Below, piece by piece: positions 28,765 through 39,805 of a stretch of DNA of 64,000 nucleotides; position 1 is the stretch's first letter; every line of letters starts with the position of its first letter. A model generated the notes under the pieces. That model was not told where the DNA came from, ran no database searches, and worked only from the letters and a program-made list of their open reading frames with translations. Made by a program: the position numbers and the translations under genes. This DNA is from Aureliella sp. (GTDB lineage Bacteria; Planctomycetota; Planctomycetia; Pirellulales; Pirellulaceae): positions 3,168,001-3,232,000 of the forward strand of contig OY829846.1 in NCBI GenBank assembly GCA_963691875.1. Direction: 5' to 3'.

Positions 28765-29727
28765 CTAGGCACCTATTGCTGGCCGCAAGTGGCTCACCGG
28801 AACATAGTACTTGCGATAGCGTTGGCCATCATCATAGAGTTGCCCTCCAGGGTCCAATACAAGTACCGTCGCACGACGTGTGATGCGATTGACCAGCCCT
28901 CGATAAGTCGCACCCTGATGCTGGAAGGCAACGCGACTCCCCACCCTCACATTGAATTTCTGTGCCGCTCGCTCCCGCTGAGTGATCAAGTCGTGTTTAT
29001 GCTCGGTGTGAGCAAACAAACGGTTCGCAATCGTCTGAAAACGCGGCGCCGCACAGCAACTATCCTCCCAGACTAGCATTTCGACCAAGTGAATCAATTC
29101 ATGCTCCAGAATGCGCTGCATGGCTTGCAAGCGATTCACGCAAAGGCTGCCTGTCACCCGAATGGGTCGTTTCAAATCGGAAAAGGTCTGAAAGAGCAGC
29201 GTTGCAGAGAGCACAATTTCATAACGAATCGATTGCTTCTGAGTCTTCTGATCTTGGTATGTCGTACGAACTGTTTTACCGCCGGTGCTGGTCATTCGCT
29301 TGGACCAGCGAAACTGCATTCCGTGATGCCTTGCTAACCTGAGGCATTGACCGGCGAAGAAGTAGTGATCGTAGAGCTCCGCCATGAACTCCAAATCACA
29401 TTTACTTGTCAAAGTGAAATTCGGACCGCTCATCGTCTTCGAACACGAAAGAACCCGACGCCCTACTTCTTGCCATCGTCTCCGTCGCTCGTCGTCACCA
29501 ACTGCTACCGACATAACAACGTGCTTCAGCCGTTCAGAAGTCTCTATGGCTTCCACCTCGGTTAGCGTGGTGGCTCTGCCTGGCGAAGTAGGCGCGGCGG
29601 TGGAGGCGGCTCCTTCCACAATTTTCTTGATTGTGTGCAAGCCTCGTGAGGGGGAGCTTGATCGGGAGTGCGTCTTGCTTCGTGCCTTGGTACTTCTACG
29701 TCTGCTGCTTTTTGTCGCGCCGGCCAT
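28765..29727 (-). CDS. SprT-like zinc metalloprotease-domain protein with a C-terminal SH3-like domain
   Basis: 'RMTSTGGKT', 'LEHELIHL' (HExxH), then 'VGSRVAFQHQGATYRGLVNRITRRATVLV'. Confidence 0.7.
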   Translation of the reverse strand: MAGATKSSRRRSTKARSKTHSRSSSPSRGLHTIKKIVEGAASTAAPTSPGRATTLTEVEAIETSERLKHVVMSVAVGDDERRRRWQEVGRRVLSCSKTMSGPNFTLTSKCDLEFMAELYDHYFFAGQCLRLARHHGMQFRWSKRMTSTGGKTVRTTYQDQKTQKQSIRYEIVLSATLLFQTFSDLKRPIRVTGSLCVNRLQAMQRILEHELIHLVEMLVWEDSCCAAPRFQTIANRLFAHTEHKHDLITQRERAAQKFNVRVGSRVAFQHQGATYRGLVNRITRRATVLVLDPGGQLYDDGQRYRKYYVPVSHLRPAIGA

Positions 29728-30449
29728 GAGCAATCCAAATCCGTGGATGAGAGCTGCAATCGAATCGATGAGATTGCAGCCCGTCGCCGACCAACGCTCA
29801 GCGATTCCTAAGTCCAGCTGCTATCTCGGCAGGTCATTGTAGAGAAAGCTTGGAGCTAAGGGATACAGAAATCTAGCAGGGAAAATGCTAGCAGTTAGAA
29901 ACGCAGAATTAAGCCAAAATGATTGACACAGTAGACTCAACCTTATAGACCGAACAGCCGCTCGAACTACGATGCACATACACGCACAGACGGACGACAC
30001 AGTCGCCGTGCAATCGAGTTGGCCCGATCAGCAGCGAAGCAGTGCCAACTCCATTGTTTTTCATTCAGCTTGCCGCCATTGATACTCGTCAGGGATGCCC
30101 TGATCAACAACGACCCACGGTTCGTCTCCCAAAGTGCATTGAACGTGATTTCAGAGACGACACCTACAAACACGGGACGGGCGAGCGGGATATTTTGTGG
30201 CTCGACGGTACTTGCATCTGTGGTGGCTGTTTTCGTGCCCAAGTGATTCGTTGCCTTCGGTGAGTCATTCCATTTCATCGGAGACGAGAACGCCCACCCT
30301 GAACGGGACGTAGACACACCGAATTTCAAATCGTAATTTCATCACGAGCCAAGAATCACCCTCGAGACGCTCATCAACTTCAACACGCGGTTCGCTTGGA
30401 GCCCACGGTTATCGGCAGACAACAAGTGATATACGGCCATCGTTGTCGA

Positions 30450-30809
30450 TTAAGTATTCGGCGATTTATGTCGGTCGGTCAATTGCCGACGACGCTCCTG
30501 ACACTCCCTTAGGCCTGCCTGGTAGATACCCGCCTTGATGCATCCGGATACGGCGTAGTAAACCCCTGCTCCCATGAAAAGCAGTCCAAACCAGGGAAAT
30601 GCGGACGCAAAAAAACCTTCACCAGCGATCATGTTCGCCGCTGAGATTCCCCAGAAGGCTCCCATGCCACCGACAAGAACCCCACCAATAATACTCGCTC
30701 GTCGCGTGGGAACCCGAGCGGCGCTGTTGTCGCCGCCCTGGATCATGTAAGCCTGTCGTTCTGACTCCCACTGTTGATCGAGCGTCTTGAGTTCGTCATC
30801 AAGGCTCAT
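30450..30809 (-). CDS. Small two-TM hypothetical membrane protein
   Basis: ATG at 30809 preceded by a GAGGTG RBS. Two hydrophobic segments with 'FPWFGLLF'. Confidence 0.7.
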   Translation of the reverse strand: MSLDDELKTLDQQWESERQAYMIQGGDNSAARVPTRRASIIGGVLVGGMGAFWGISAANMIAGEGFFASAFPWFGLLFMGAGVYYAVSGCIKAGIYQAGLRECQERRRQLTDRHKSPNT

Positions 30810-31103
30810 TGGCACCTCGGTAGCAAAAGCAAAGTAAGGGTGGCATTGGAGCAGGAAGCACTGGCATTTGATCGAAGCCATCGGCTTGTTTCTCGGCGGG
30901 AATCATAACCGATCTAGTGTTGGCCGCTTCTACGCTGTGCCAGAGGTGTGGATTAAAGCAATTAAGACTGGAGGCTCGTCACCCGGCGCAGGCGCTGTAC
31001 CGCGGGAACCCAAGGTACGACAGGGCAGCGGGTCCGGCCACTGCATCCGGTGATCCTTGTGGATGACATCATCCAGCCGCAGGAAACGGTTCTCAATTAG
31101 CAA

Positions 31104-31190
31104 GCCCCAGATGAAACACGGATGAAACACAGATCCGATCTGCCTGCAGCAGGGTCCCCGGTCCGTGTTTCACCTGTTTTGATCTGTAGC
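31104..31190. repeat. Palindromic element built from 11-bp GATGAAACAC(G/A) tandem units
   Basis: Left arm GCCCCAGATGAAACACGGATGAAACACAGAT. Right arm GTCCGTGTTTCACCTGTTTTGATCTGTAGC is its imperfect inverse. Confidence 0.65.
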
Positions 31191-31267
31191 ACTATCAATT
31201 ATTGCACCGGCGCTTCAGGATTTAGAAGAGCAATTATGGCGAATCCCACTATGAGTCAGGCCAGCGA

Positions 31268-33913
31268 CTAGGATTCTTCCTGCTCGGCCTTCTCTTCGCC
31301 AGACTTTTCATCGGAATCGCCGCCTTCTGCCTTCTCATCGGACTTTTTTTCCTCGTCCTTTTTGGCGTCTTTCTTGCTCTTGCGGGGAGCGAATTCAAAG
31401 CTTAGCTTGCCGGTCTTTCGGTCGAGTAAAAGGTGGGCAGCAAAGGGACGACGTTTCTTAGAGATAAAACCGGGCATCAAGTCGGTCTTACCTTCAACGA
31501 ACAGCTTTCTGGCTTGATCGACCGGAATCTCTTTCTGAAGAATAGTCTTGCTAATGCGGACTCCGCGGTCATCGGCGTCCTTAGCCATGTCAGGCGCAAG
31601 GTAAGCTCGCTCGGTTTCGTAAACTTTGATGAGTTTGTCGGAGTCATCCAAAATCAGAGCTTCGCAGATCACTTGGTCTTCGGAAAGGTTATCAAGTTCG
31701 TTCTCACGATCTTCGTCGCCTTCGAAGACAAAGTTCGTCTTCCAAGTCTTCTTTTCTTTCTCCAGGATGAGCTCAGCTGCAAAAGGTTGTCCAAAGCGAT
31801 TTTTGAAAGTCTCGATTGGGCCGATGCGGCGCGTATTGATAAGGTCTGTTGCTTCTTGCTCGGTCAGCTCGTGACTGGCGATATGCTTCTTGATTTTGAA
31901 AGCACAATCCGGTGTCTTGCAGGCAAAAAGTCCGTCAGTCTGCTTCATTTCCGAACCTTGACACTCGGGGCACATCGCCTGAATGTCTGGGAACACGCGA
32001 TTCACCACATTGTCTGTGAACTCGCGTGTTTGCTCGACTATGTTCTTCGTCAGGCTGGTGATCTCGCCCATGAAAGCGTCGCGGTCCAGTCGACCGGCTT
32101 CCATTTCTTTCAGCTTGTGCTCCCATTCTCCAGTCATCTGAGGCGACGCAATGGTGGTGATGCCGATTTCTTGCAGTAGTTCGACCAGTGCGAGACCTTT
32201 GTTGGATACCACAAAGTCGCGACGATTGGCGTCGTCGCGGAAGATGTACTTGGTATTAATCAAGCCCTCGATGATCGAGGCGCGAGTGGCTGGTGTTCCC
32301 AACCCTCGTTCGCTCATCGCATCGCGAAGCTCTTCGTCGTCGACTCGTTTGCCTGCTGTTTCCATGGCGGAAAGCAAAGTACTGTCGTTGTACCGAGCGG
32401 GTGGTTTCGTCTCGTTTTCTTTAACTTCGACCGATTCTGTCTGAGCCGTCGCACCATCTTCCACGGCAACCAGCTCTCCCGCTTCAGATGCAACGCCAGG
32501 TTTTCTCCCGTAGACTTCTAGCCAGCCAGCCTTGACCAGGATCTTTCCGTCTGTTCGGAAGCTATTGTCTCCGACTCGAGTGATTCGACGTGTTACCTCG
32601 TACTCGGCGCTGGGGTAGAAGATTCCGAGGAAGCGTCGCACAACGAGTTCGTAGATCTTCTTCGCGTCCGCATCGAGGCTTGGCGGAGGCGTTTTTCCAG
32701 TCGGGATGATTGCAAAGTGATCGCTGACCTTGGATGTATTGAATATTCGCTTGTTCGGCTGCACTCGATCGTTATCGAGAATCCATTTGGAGGAATCAAT
32801 GAACAGCTGGCTGAAGGCTTCGTTGGATTTGCCCTTAGCGTAGTTGCCGATCGTTTCCCTGACGGTGTCGACGTAGTCTTCAGGTAGATAACGAGAATCG
32901 GTACGTGGATAAGTCAGAAGTTTGTAGCGGTCGTAAAGTGCTTGAGCGAGCTGCAGAGTGCGCCGGGCGGGATAACCATGCTTGCCACTTGCTTCTCGCT
33001 GCAAGCTGGTCAAATCGTAGAGCCGTGGGCAGGCCTCTTTCGTCGGTTTCTTCGTTTCCTCAATCACACCGGTTTGGCCATCACAAGCGGCTTTGACGGC
33101 CTCTGCTTCTTCGAGCGTCCAAATTCGCTCCGCTTTATGGTGCGGATCCTCTTCGTTCTTCTTAAAGTCCTCGCGGAACCAACGACCAGCATACGAACCA
33201 GCGGTTACACCAAAGTCAGCATGGACTTCGTAGTAGGTTCGCGGGACAAAGCTGCGGATCTCGCGCTCACGCTCGGCGAGGATGACTAAAGTTGGAGTCT
33301 GGACACGGCCAGCAGTCGTGACGTTGAAGCCGCCATTTCGCGAGTTAAAAGCAGTGAGAGCTCGAGTCCCGTTCAACCCGATCAGCCAATCACTCTCGCT
33401 TCGGCAAGCAGCTGCAGCCGCCAATGGAAGCATTTCGGAGTCATCTCGCATGTTCTTCCAGGCGTCGACGATCGATCCATCGGTCATCGACTGCATCCAC
33501 ATACGTTTCAGCTCAATTTTCGTTTTGGGCGAAGCAAGCTCGAGCAAGTAGCGGAAAATCAGCTCTCCTTCGCGGCCGGCATCGCATGCATTGACGACTG
33601 TGGTGACATCCTTTTTCTTCAGCAGCCGCTTGAGGAGCTTGAATCGCGATTCGCTTCGTTCAATGGGCTGAAGCTCGAAGCTTTTCGGCAGGATCGGGAG
33701 GTGCTTCATCCCCCAGGGGAGCTTCTTGCCGTTAGGACCTTCCGGCATTTTTAATTCGACTAAGTGGCCGACTGCCGAGGAGATGTAGCCAAAGTCGTTT
33801 TCGAAGTAATCTTTCTTTCGCTCGAATTTGCCAATCTCAGGCAGTTTTCCCAGGACTCGCGACAAATCGGTCGCGACGCTTGGTTTTTCAGCAATGATGA
33901 GCGTTTTGGACAT
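31268..33913 (-). CDS. topB: DNA topoisomerase III (type IA) with a zinc-ribbon remnant and C-terminal repeats
   Basis: 'IAEKPSVA', '[13 protein letters not shown]', 'GRVQTPTL', catalytic 'LTYPRTDS', '[13 protein letters not shown]'. C-terminal repeats such as '[14 protein letters not shown]'. Confidence 0.92.
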   Translation of the reverse strand: MSKTLIIAEKPSVATDLSRVLGKLPEIGKFERKKDYFENDFGYISSAVGHLVELKMPEGPNGKKLPWGMKHLPILPKSFELQPIERSESRFKLLKRLLKKKDVTTVVNACDAGREGELIFRYLLELASPKTKIELKRMWMQSMTDGSIVDAWKNMRDDSEMLPLAAAAACRSESDWLIGLNGTRALTAFNSRNGGFNVTTAGRVQTPTLVILAEREREIRSFVPRTYYEVHADFGVTAGSYAGRWFREDFKKNEEDPHHKAERIWTLEEAEAVKAACDGQTGVIEETKKPTKEACPRLYDLTSLQREASGKHGYPARRTLQLAQALYDRYKLLTYPRTDSRYLPEDYVDTVRETIGNYAKGKSNEAFSQLFIDSSKWILDNDRVQPNKRIFNTSKVSDHFAIIPTGKTPPPSLDADAKKIYELVVRRFLGIFYPSAEYEVTRRITRVGDNSFRTDGKILVKAGWLEVYGRKPGVASEAGELVAVEDGATAQTESVEVKENETKPPARYNDSTLLSAMETAGKRVDDEELRDAMSERGLGTPATRASIIEGLINTKYIFRDDANRRDFVVSNKGLALVELLQEIGITTIASPQMTGEWEHKLKEMEAGRLDRDAFMGEITSLTKNIVEQTREFTDNVVNRVFPDIQAMCPECQGSEMKQTDGLFACKTPDCAFKIKKHIASHELTEQEATDLINTRRIGPIETFKNRFGQPFAAELILEKEKKTWKTNFVFEGDEDRENELDNLSEDQVICEALILDDSDKLIKVYETERAYLAPDMAKDADDRGVRISKTILQKEIPVDQARKLFVEGKTDLMPGFISKKRRPFAAHLLLDRKTGKLSFEFAPRKSKKDAKKDEEKKSDEKAEGGDSDEKSGEEKAEQEES

Positions 33914-34438
33914 GGATCTAGATAACTTGGGGGACAGCGACAGGGACTTTGCTAATCAGGACAGCTGGAAGGAATACTGACCTGTGGTTTTCGGAGGTGC
34001 TCGTCAAAATAGGCTAGTTAGAAACTATTGAATAGCATTCTGAGCCAGCTTCTCGACAAGACTGAGCAATCGGTACTGTCGGAATCCCAGTGCTCGAATT
34101 AAAACTTGGTGTCCTTTAGGCTACTAATCTCCATATCCGCTGGAAACCTCGTATCTGCAAGAACCGTAATCCTTGGTATCCTTGCACCGCCGGTGGGAAA
34201 GGATCCCGCCGGATTGTGAATAAAAGTGGATAGCTTAGCTGACCCGAGGTGACAAGGGGCTAGCCCCAAATTGGACTGTCCACCAAACCAACAACAAGCA
34301 CCCTAGCACTATCCAAGATTGTCCAAACCCCCATTTGGGCTTTTGAGCGCTCGCGCGGAAGCATAAGTTGGTTCCCCCGGCCAGCCGCAGAGAAAGCGTG
34401 ACTGGCTCGTAAAATGGCTGATTCCAGGAAGAATTAGG

Positions 34439-36946
34439 ATGACAAACCCGTTTGCGACTTTCCGCAAGAACCAGAAAGCGTGGATGGCTGCCCTCGTCAT
34501 GGTAGCCCTTTTTGCTTTTGTTATTGCTCCTCTTTTCGCCTACTTCCGCGATGGCGCGGGCCGTCGAGGCAGTACTGACGTAGCTGTTAAGTGGACGGGT
34601 GGCCGCATGACGGTCGCAGATATCCAGCGAGCGGCAAACCAGAATAGTAATCTCCGCCGATTTATGGCTGAAGTCGCCCGTCGCGTTCTCGAGAACGGCG
34701 GTGAACCGAATGTCCCGTTCTTCGATCGCGACCCTTTTTCGGGCGACATCCGCAACTACGGTATCCTGTTCCCTCAAGACTTGCAGGGTGTGGTCCGGAG
34801 CCGCTTTCTGGCTTCCTATGGCAAAACACTTGGGGTCGCATTTGACGATGCAGCTGTCGACGAGTTCCTAGTTGCTTATGTCGACAACAAACTGACAAGT
34901 GCTCAAGTCGATGAAATTCTGCGTGAGGCTTCCAACGGCCAGATGAGTTATTTCGAGCTGCGTGAAGTACTCAAAACCAATTTGAGCATGATGGTCGTCG
35001 ATCGGCTGGCCACTTCCGGTTTAATCCAAGATGGACAACCCTTGGCTTCTCCTGGAACCCTTTACAACAACTTCTTGAAGGTGAATCAGGCCGCTTCGGT
35101 TCAAGCCTTTCCAGTGTCTGCAGAGAACTACTTGAATCAAGTTGAGGGTTCACCGACAGAAGGTGAAATCGAAGCTTTGTTCACGGTTGGCCGATTCGCC
35201 CCGCCCAACCCCCGATCACCTGATCCAGCCTTTGCTCGAACGTATCGCGCAAAGATCGAGTATGTCGAAATCGACAACTCAAAACTGGTTGAAGCAGAAA
35301 AAGCGAAGCTGACGGAAGAAGACTTGAAGACGGAGTACGATCGCCGCGTCTCCTTGGGGCAACTGCGTGTTCCTGTTGTTCAAGATGTGACGCCTGGAAC
35401 GACGCCTGACGAGCGTCCACCATCGCCGCTAACAACAAAACCTGGCTCAGAGGCCGCGGCCGAAGACACTGCAGAACCTGCTTCTGATGCGGGCGAAGCC
35501 GGAGACAGTGGCACCGAGACTCCTGAGGAAGAGGCTGCGAAAACAGAGGAGACAAAGCCGGAAGCACCGGTGACTACAGAACAAACGCCGACTGGAGAGT
35601 CAGCGGTCGAGGAAAAAACAAAAAGCGAGGGGGCCAGCGAAGAAAGCAAGCCTGAGTCGGGCGATCAGTCTTCGAAGCTTGCTTCAGACGTACGCTTTGT
35701 CTCCTTCACCCAAGAAGAATCGGGGCAGGAAGAGGCTGGCGCAACTCCACAAACTCCGGCCAAAGAAGCTCCAGCGGCTCCCCAAGAGAGTGAAGCTCCT
35801 GCTGCACCACAAGAGGAAGATTTCGGAGAGACAGCCACCGCAGAAATAACTTCAGAGCCCCAGCTGGCTGAAGGAAGTCAAGAACCTCCGGCTGCCACGG
35901 ACAAAACACCTGGCGTAGGAAGCGAAGCACAAGGTAGCACGACTCCTCCTGCTGAGCCAACGATGCGTACACAGACCTTCGAAGAGGCACGTGAGACGAT
36001 CGCGGATCAGTTAGCTCGTGAAAAAGTTCGCTCGGCGACAACTGATGCGATCACGAATCTCCTTGAGAAGGAGATGATGCCGTACTACGAAGAAAAACGC
36101 CAGTACGATGCCTTCATGGAGTCGGGGCTCGCTGAACAGACCGATGAAAAGCGAGAGCCGCCAGTGAAGCCAGACATCAAGAAACTAGCCGAAGCAGCTG
36201 GATTCACCTGGGGTGAAACTGACTTGGTCGATGGTTTCGAATTGGCAAAGATGGATGTGGGTCGTGGTGTCATCGATTTCCAACGCAATGTGACGGTAGT
36301 AGGAGCACTAATGCTTCCTCAGTCCCAGAAGTTTCAGCCGTACGACGCATTCTTCCTCAATCAGACCGATCCCACAGCGGGCTTGAAGCGGTTCCTGGTG
36401 TGGAAGACAGAAGACGCCGATGCCTATGCACCAGAACTCGACGAAGTGCGTGAAGAGGTGATTGAAGCCTGGAAACGCATCAAGGCTCGTGAGCTTGCCA
36501 AGGCGGCGGCAGAAGAGATTACGAAGAAGGTCCGCTCCGACGACGATCCTTGGGCTGTGGCTCTCACGGATGAACAAGCTGAAGAGCTGCTGGTTGAAAC
36601 ATCACCTTTCACCTGGATTAGCGTTAGCCAGGGTGGTTTTTCCACCATTCCTGAGCTCGAACAGGATGTTGGGCAGCAATTTATGCAAGCTGTTTTTGCA
36701 ACTGAGGTTGGTGGCACTGCGGTCGGGCCGAGCGCGAACAACGATATTTATTACGCCATTCGTGTCGAAAATCTCACTCCGACCGAAGATGTACTACGCA
36801 CTCGATTCGGCAATGACAAGCAGAAGACCGCATCGAAGGGACTAGCCTCTGGCGAAGTCCAAGGAATGATCGGAGCTTGGATTGCCAACTTGGAGCGAGA
36901 GCTGAACTTTGAGTGGCAAGAGGCAGCTGGCCAGCTTGGTCAGTAG
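34439..36946 (+). CDS. Membrane-anchored SurA/PpiD-like periplasmic chaperone with a long acidic low-complexity insert
   Basis: N-terminal 'FATFRKNQKAWMAALVMVALFAFVI' anchor and PpiD-like helical segments ('PTEGEIEALF', 'TFEEARETI', 'PELDEVREEVIEAWKR'). Confidence 0.6.
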   Translation: MTNPFATFRKNQKAWMAALVMVALFAFVIAPLFAYFRDGAGRRGSTDVAVKWTGGRMTVADIQRAANQNSNLRRFMAEVARRVLENGGEPNVPFFDRDPFSGDIRNYGILFPQDLQGVVRSRFLASYGKTLGVAFDDAAVDEFLVAYVDNKLTSAQVDEILREASNGQMSYFELREVLKTNLSMMVVDRLATSGLIQDGQPLASPGTLYNNFLKVNQAASVQAFPVSAENYLNQVEGSPTEGEIEALFTVGRFAPPNPRSPDPAFARTYRAKIEYVEIDNSKLVEAEKAKLTEEDLKTEYDRRVSLGQLRVPVVQDVTPGTTPDERPPSPLTTKPGSEAAAEDTAEPASDAGEAGDSGTETPEEEAAKTEETKPEAPVTTEQTPTGESAVEEKTKSEGASEESKPESGDQSSKLASDVRFVSFTQEESGQEEAGATPQTPAKEAPAAPQESEAPAAPQEEDFGETATAEITSEPQLAEGSQEPPAATDKTPGVGSEAQGSTTPPAEPTMRTQTFEEARETIADQLAREKVRSATTDAITNLLEKEMMPYYEEKRQYDAFMESGLAEQTDEKREPPVKPDIKKLAEAAGFTWGETDLVDGFELAKMDVGRGVIDFQRNVTVVGALMLPQSQKFQPYDAFFLNQTDPTAGLKRFLVWKTEDADAYAPELDEVREEVIEAWKRIKARELAKAAAEEITKKVRSDDDPWAVALTDEQAEELLVETSPFTWISVSQGGFSTIPELEQDVGQQFMQAVFATEVGGTAVGPSANNDIYYAIRVENLTPTEDVLRTRFGNDKQKTASKGLASGEVQGMIGAWIANLERELNFEWQEAAGQLGQ

Positions 36947-36984
36947 CCTGCACTGACTTGGTCGAAAATTCAAGGAATACTTCG

Positions 36985-38457
36985 ATGCGGTCAGCAGTAT
37001 TCGGTTTTGTACTTTTCGCAGTCGCCATTTTGGGTGGCGGCTGTTCAGGGCAAGAGCCTCCCTCTAAGACCGCGATATCAGGTCAAACCAAGTTTTCGAA
37101 GTCTCTGCCGTCGGAGGAACCCAGCCCGGCTCCTCTGCTCCAAGCGACCGCAGGACCGGCTATCGATCAGCCTTCCAAGCCGGGCGAAGACTGGCCGGTT
37201 TTTCTTGGTCCTCGCGGTGACAGCACTTCCACGGAAACAGGCGTCGATCCGGCACTTTGGAAGCCTCATCCGCCCATCAAGTGGACTTTGCCCCTCGGCG
37301 TCAGTTACGGGGCTCCCGTTGTAGTCGGCGAAAAGCTCTTGCTGCTCGACCGACATGAAAATGTGGAGCGGCTGAGTTGCTTTCAAACTTCCGATGGCCA
37401 GGAGCTATGGCGCCAAGAGTCGCCCGTCGATTATCGCGACATGTATGGCTACAACAACGGCCCGCGCTGCTGTCCGATCGTTGATGGCGATCGGGTTTAC
37501 ACTTACGGTGTTGCTGGGCAGCTGTCCTGTGTTCGATTTGAAGACGGTGAACTGGTTTGGAGCAAGAACCTGAATCAGGAATATGGCGTCATCCAGAATT
37601 TCTTTGGCGTTGCCAGTGCTCCCTTTGTCTACGGAGACTCGATTCTCGTTATGGTTGGTGGCAGCCCAGCAGACACTGTCGGACGAGTGGACTTTGCTGA
37701 ACCAAATGGCACCGCTATCGTCGCTTTTGACAAAATGTCGGGTAAAGAAAAGTATCGCTTAGGTGACGACTTGGCCAGCTATTCTTCGATGACGGTCCGC
37801 AAGATCGAAGGCAAGGATACGGGGCTTGCTTTCCTGCGTGGTGGCTTGATTGCTTTCGAACCAAAAACCGGAAAACAGCTCTTCGATTTCCCTTGGCGTG
37901 CCGAAATGCTAGAGAGTGTCAACGCGGCGCAGCCTGTAGTCTTTGGCGATCAGATACTGTTGTCGGAGACCTACGAAATAGGAAGCGTCTTACTCAATGT
38001 GCAAGGCGGCAAAGCTCAGGTGCTTCGCAAAGACGAAGGCAATTACCGCGAGCTAACGTTTCGTGCTCACTGGTCGACGCCAGTGTTGATCGACGGTTAC
38101 CTGTATGGGTGCAGTGGGCGGAATCGGCCGGATTGTGATTTCCGCTGCGTGCGGTGGAGCGATGGAGAGGTGCAATGGTTTGCTCGCAAACGCGAGCGGA
38201 GCAGCGTGCTGGTGGTCGATGGCTACTTAATAGTCTTAGGCGAACTCGGCACGCTGGAACTGATTCGCCCAACGACCGAGAAGCTGGATGTAATTGCCTC
38301 GGCTGATTTGAGCCAAGTACTTGCGCCTGGAACGAAGGAGGCGCTTCTTAAGTATCCTTGCTGGGCCGCTCCTGTTCTTGCTCACGGACAACTTTATCTT
38401 CGCGGCCAGAATCGTCTGATTTGCCTCAATCTGATTCCCGCGGAAGAGTCGCCTTAG
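36985..38457 (+). CDS. PQQ-binding-like (BamB-like) beta-propeller lipoprotein
   Basis: Lipobox-like 'LGGGC', 'DWPVFLGPRGD', repeated 'DGQELW'/'DGELVW'/'DGEVQW' Trp-docking motifs and 'WAAPVLAHGQLYLR'. Confidence 0.88.
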   Translation: MRSAVFGFVLFAVAILGGGCSGQEPPSKTAISGQTKFSKSLPSEEPSPAPLLQATAGPAIDQPSKPGEDWPVFLGPRGDSTSTETGVDPALWKPHPPIKWTLPLGVSYGAPVVVGEKLLLLDRHENVERLSCFQTSDGQELWRQESPVDYRDMYGYNNGPRCCPIVDGDRVYTYGVAGQLSCVRFEDGELVWSKNLNQEYGVIQNFFGVASAPFVYGDSILVMVGGSPADTVGRVDFAEPNGTAIVAFDKMSGKEKYRLGDDLASYSSMTVRKIEGKDTGLAFLRGGLIAFEPKTGKQLFDFPWRAEMLESVNAAQPVVFGDQILLSETYEIGSVLLNVQGGKAQVLRKDEGNYRELTFRAHWSTPVLIDGYLYGCSGRNRPDCDFRCVRWSDGEVQWFARKRERSSVLVVDGYLIVLGELGTLELIRPTTEKLDVIASADLSQVLAPGTKEALLKYPCWAAPVLAHGQLYLRGQNRLICLNLIPAEESP

Positions 38458-38874
38458 TAGGTAAAGGAAGAGCCTGAGTCTATGAAATGAAGCCTTTGAA
38501 CCACAGTCGAGGCCGCAACAAGACCAGCTGGAGCAAGGTCACCCCGAAGATGCCCGGTGGTTCTTTCCTGTCCTTGGATTTGTGGTGCCTGGGATACCCA
38601 TTTGCTAGGAGCTCAGATCGGGTTTAGACAATACGCTGTTTTACGTTCTGCCCGCGATTCCAGTATTTCTTCCGCTTGTTCATCCCGCAGATTCCGTGTT
38701 CGGCAGAGTTCTCCTCGCTTTGGCGACGCTTATTACCGGTAGCCTCAACTTGGTCTTTGTGGACACGTGGTTTTTCGGTTTGGAGGACATTCAGTAGCTT
38801 GTAGCTGTGTAATTTTTTTCATTGCCCAGCGTAAGATATCTCCGATAATGGTCTCCAGAACCAATGGGGGTGAT

Positions 38875-39492
38875 ATGGATCGAGCGGTTAAGTTACGTGC
38901 TTGCCACTGTTGTGGCTTGGTGCATGATGTTGCCGAGCTGCAGCCAGACCAAGAGGCGGAATGCGTTCGCTGCAAGAGCGTGGTCGATTCGGGCATGCGC
39001 AGCGGTCAGCAGAGTTCGGCCCGTTGCTTTGCAGCAGCCATTGGCGGACTGATTCTGTATTTCCCGGCGGTGCTGCTACCGATTCTTGAGATTGAAAAGC
39101 TTGGACATCATCACGCTTCCAGTTTGCTCGGCGGCACGATTGATCTGATTATGCATGGCAGCATTCTCGTCGGAACAGTTGTCCTTGTGTTTTCAATTAT
39201 ACTGCCGCTGGTGAAGTTGCTAGCCTTGCTGGAGCTCAGTTGGATTGGATTGACGCATCGTAAGCAGCGTGCCTGGGTTTATCGCTTGGTGGAGTGGACA
39301 GGACGCTGGAGCATGATGGACGTTCTGCTGCTGGCGCTGCTAGTTGCGCTCGTCAAACTGGGGGATCTCGTCGCATTTCAACTTGGGCCCGCCGTGATCG
39401 CTTTTGTGATGTGTGTGGTGATGAGTATGATTGCTTCGATGATGTTTGACCCTCATGCGATCTGGGAAGAATCCTCTTTCGAGAATAGCTAG
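38875..39492 (+). CDS. pqiA: Paraquat-inducible protein A (single PqiA domain)
   Basis: 'ACHCCGL..AECVRC' zinc motifs, TM helices and 'GRWSMMDVLLLALLVALVKL'. Confidence 0.88.
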   Translation: MDRAVKLRACHCCGLVHDVAELQPDQEAECVRCKSVVDSGMRSGQQSSARCFAAAIGGLILYFPAVLLPILEIEKLGHHHASSLLGGTIDLIMHGSILVGTVVLVFSIILPLVKLLALLELSWIGLTHRKQRAWVYRLVEWTGRWSMMDVLLLALLVALVKLGDLVAFQLGPAVIAFVMCVVMSMIASMMFDPHAIWEESSFENS

Positions 39493-39805
39493 ATTCCTAG
39501 TCTTGCGTTCATGCGGAATGGTCTGGCGTCACCGAATGTTCCCTAGACTTAGATTGCTGCCGCCTCATGGCGAAAGTTTCTCGGCCACTGGCTATTGGCC
39601 CATCAGCTAATATGGGAAGAAATGCTCTCGGCTATCACCGTGGGCTCACAGGTGCCTGCCTTGCCACAACGTCTAAGTTAGGCGGAGGGCGAGTCAGCTT
39701 GCTAGTCCAAGTTCGTTTTCACGCAAAATTTCCGTGCGCGAATACACTGCCCATCGCTAGAAGCTTTTCTGGCCGGTCGCCTTAGCGAATTGATAGAGTT
39801 GGTTC

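Noticed and set aside
29850..30440. ORF 29967-30329(-) and overlapping short ORFs
   Set aside because: No motif, RBS or consistent frame. Possibly decayed DNA, but a gene call is not supportable.
33914..34438. Long topB-divergent intergenic region with hairpin CCGGTGGGA/TCCCGCCGG as an ncRNA or riboswitch
   Set aside because: A single hairpin with no recognisable family signature. It is adequately explained as divergent promoter DNA.
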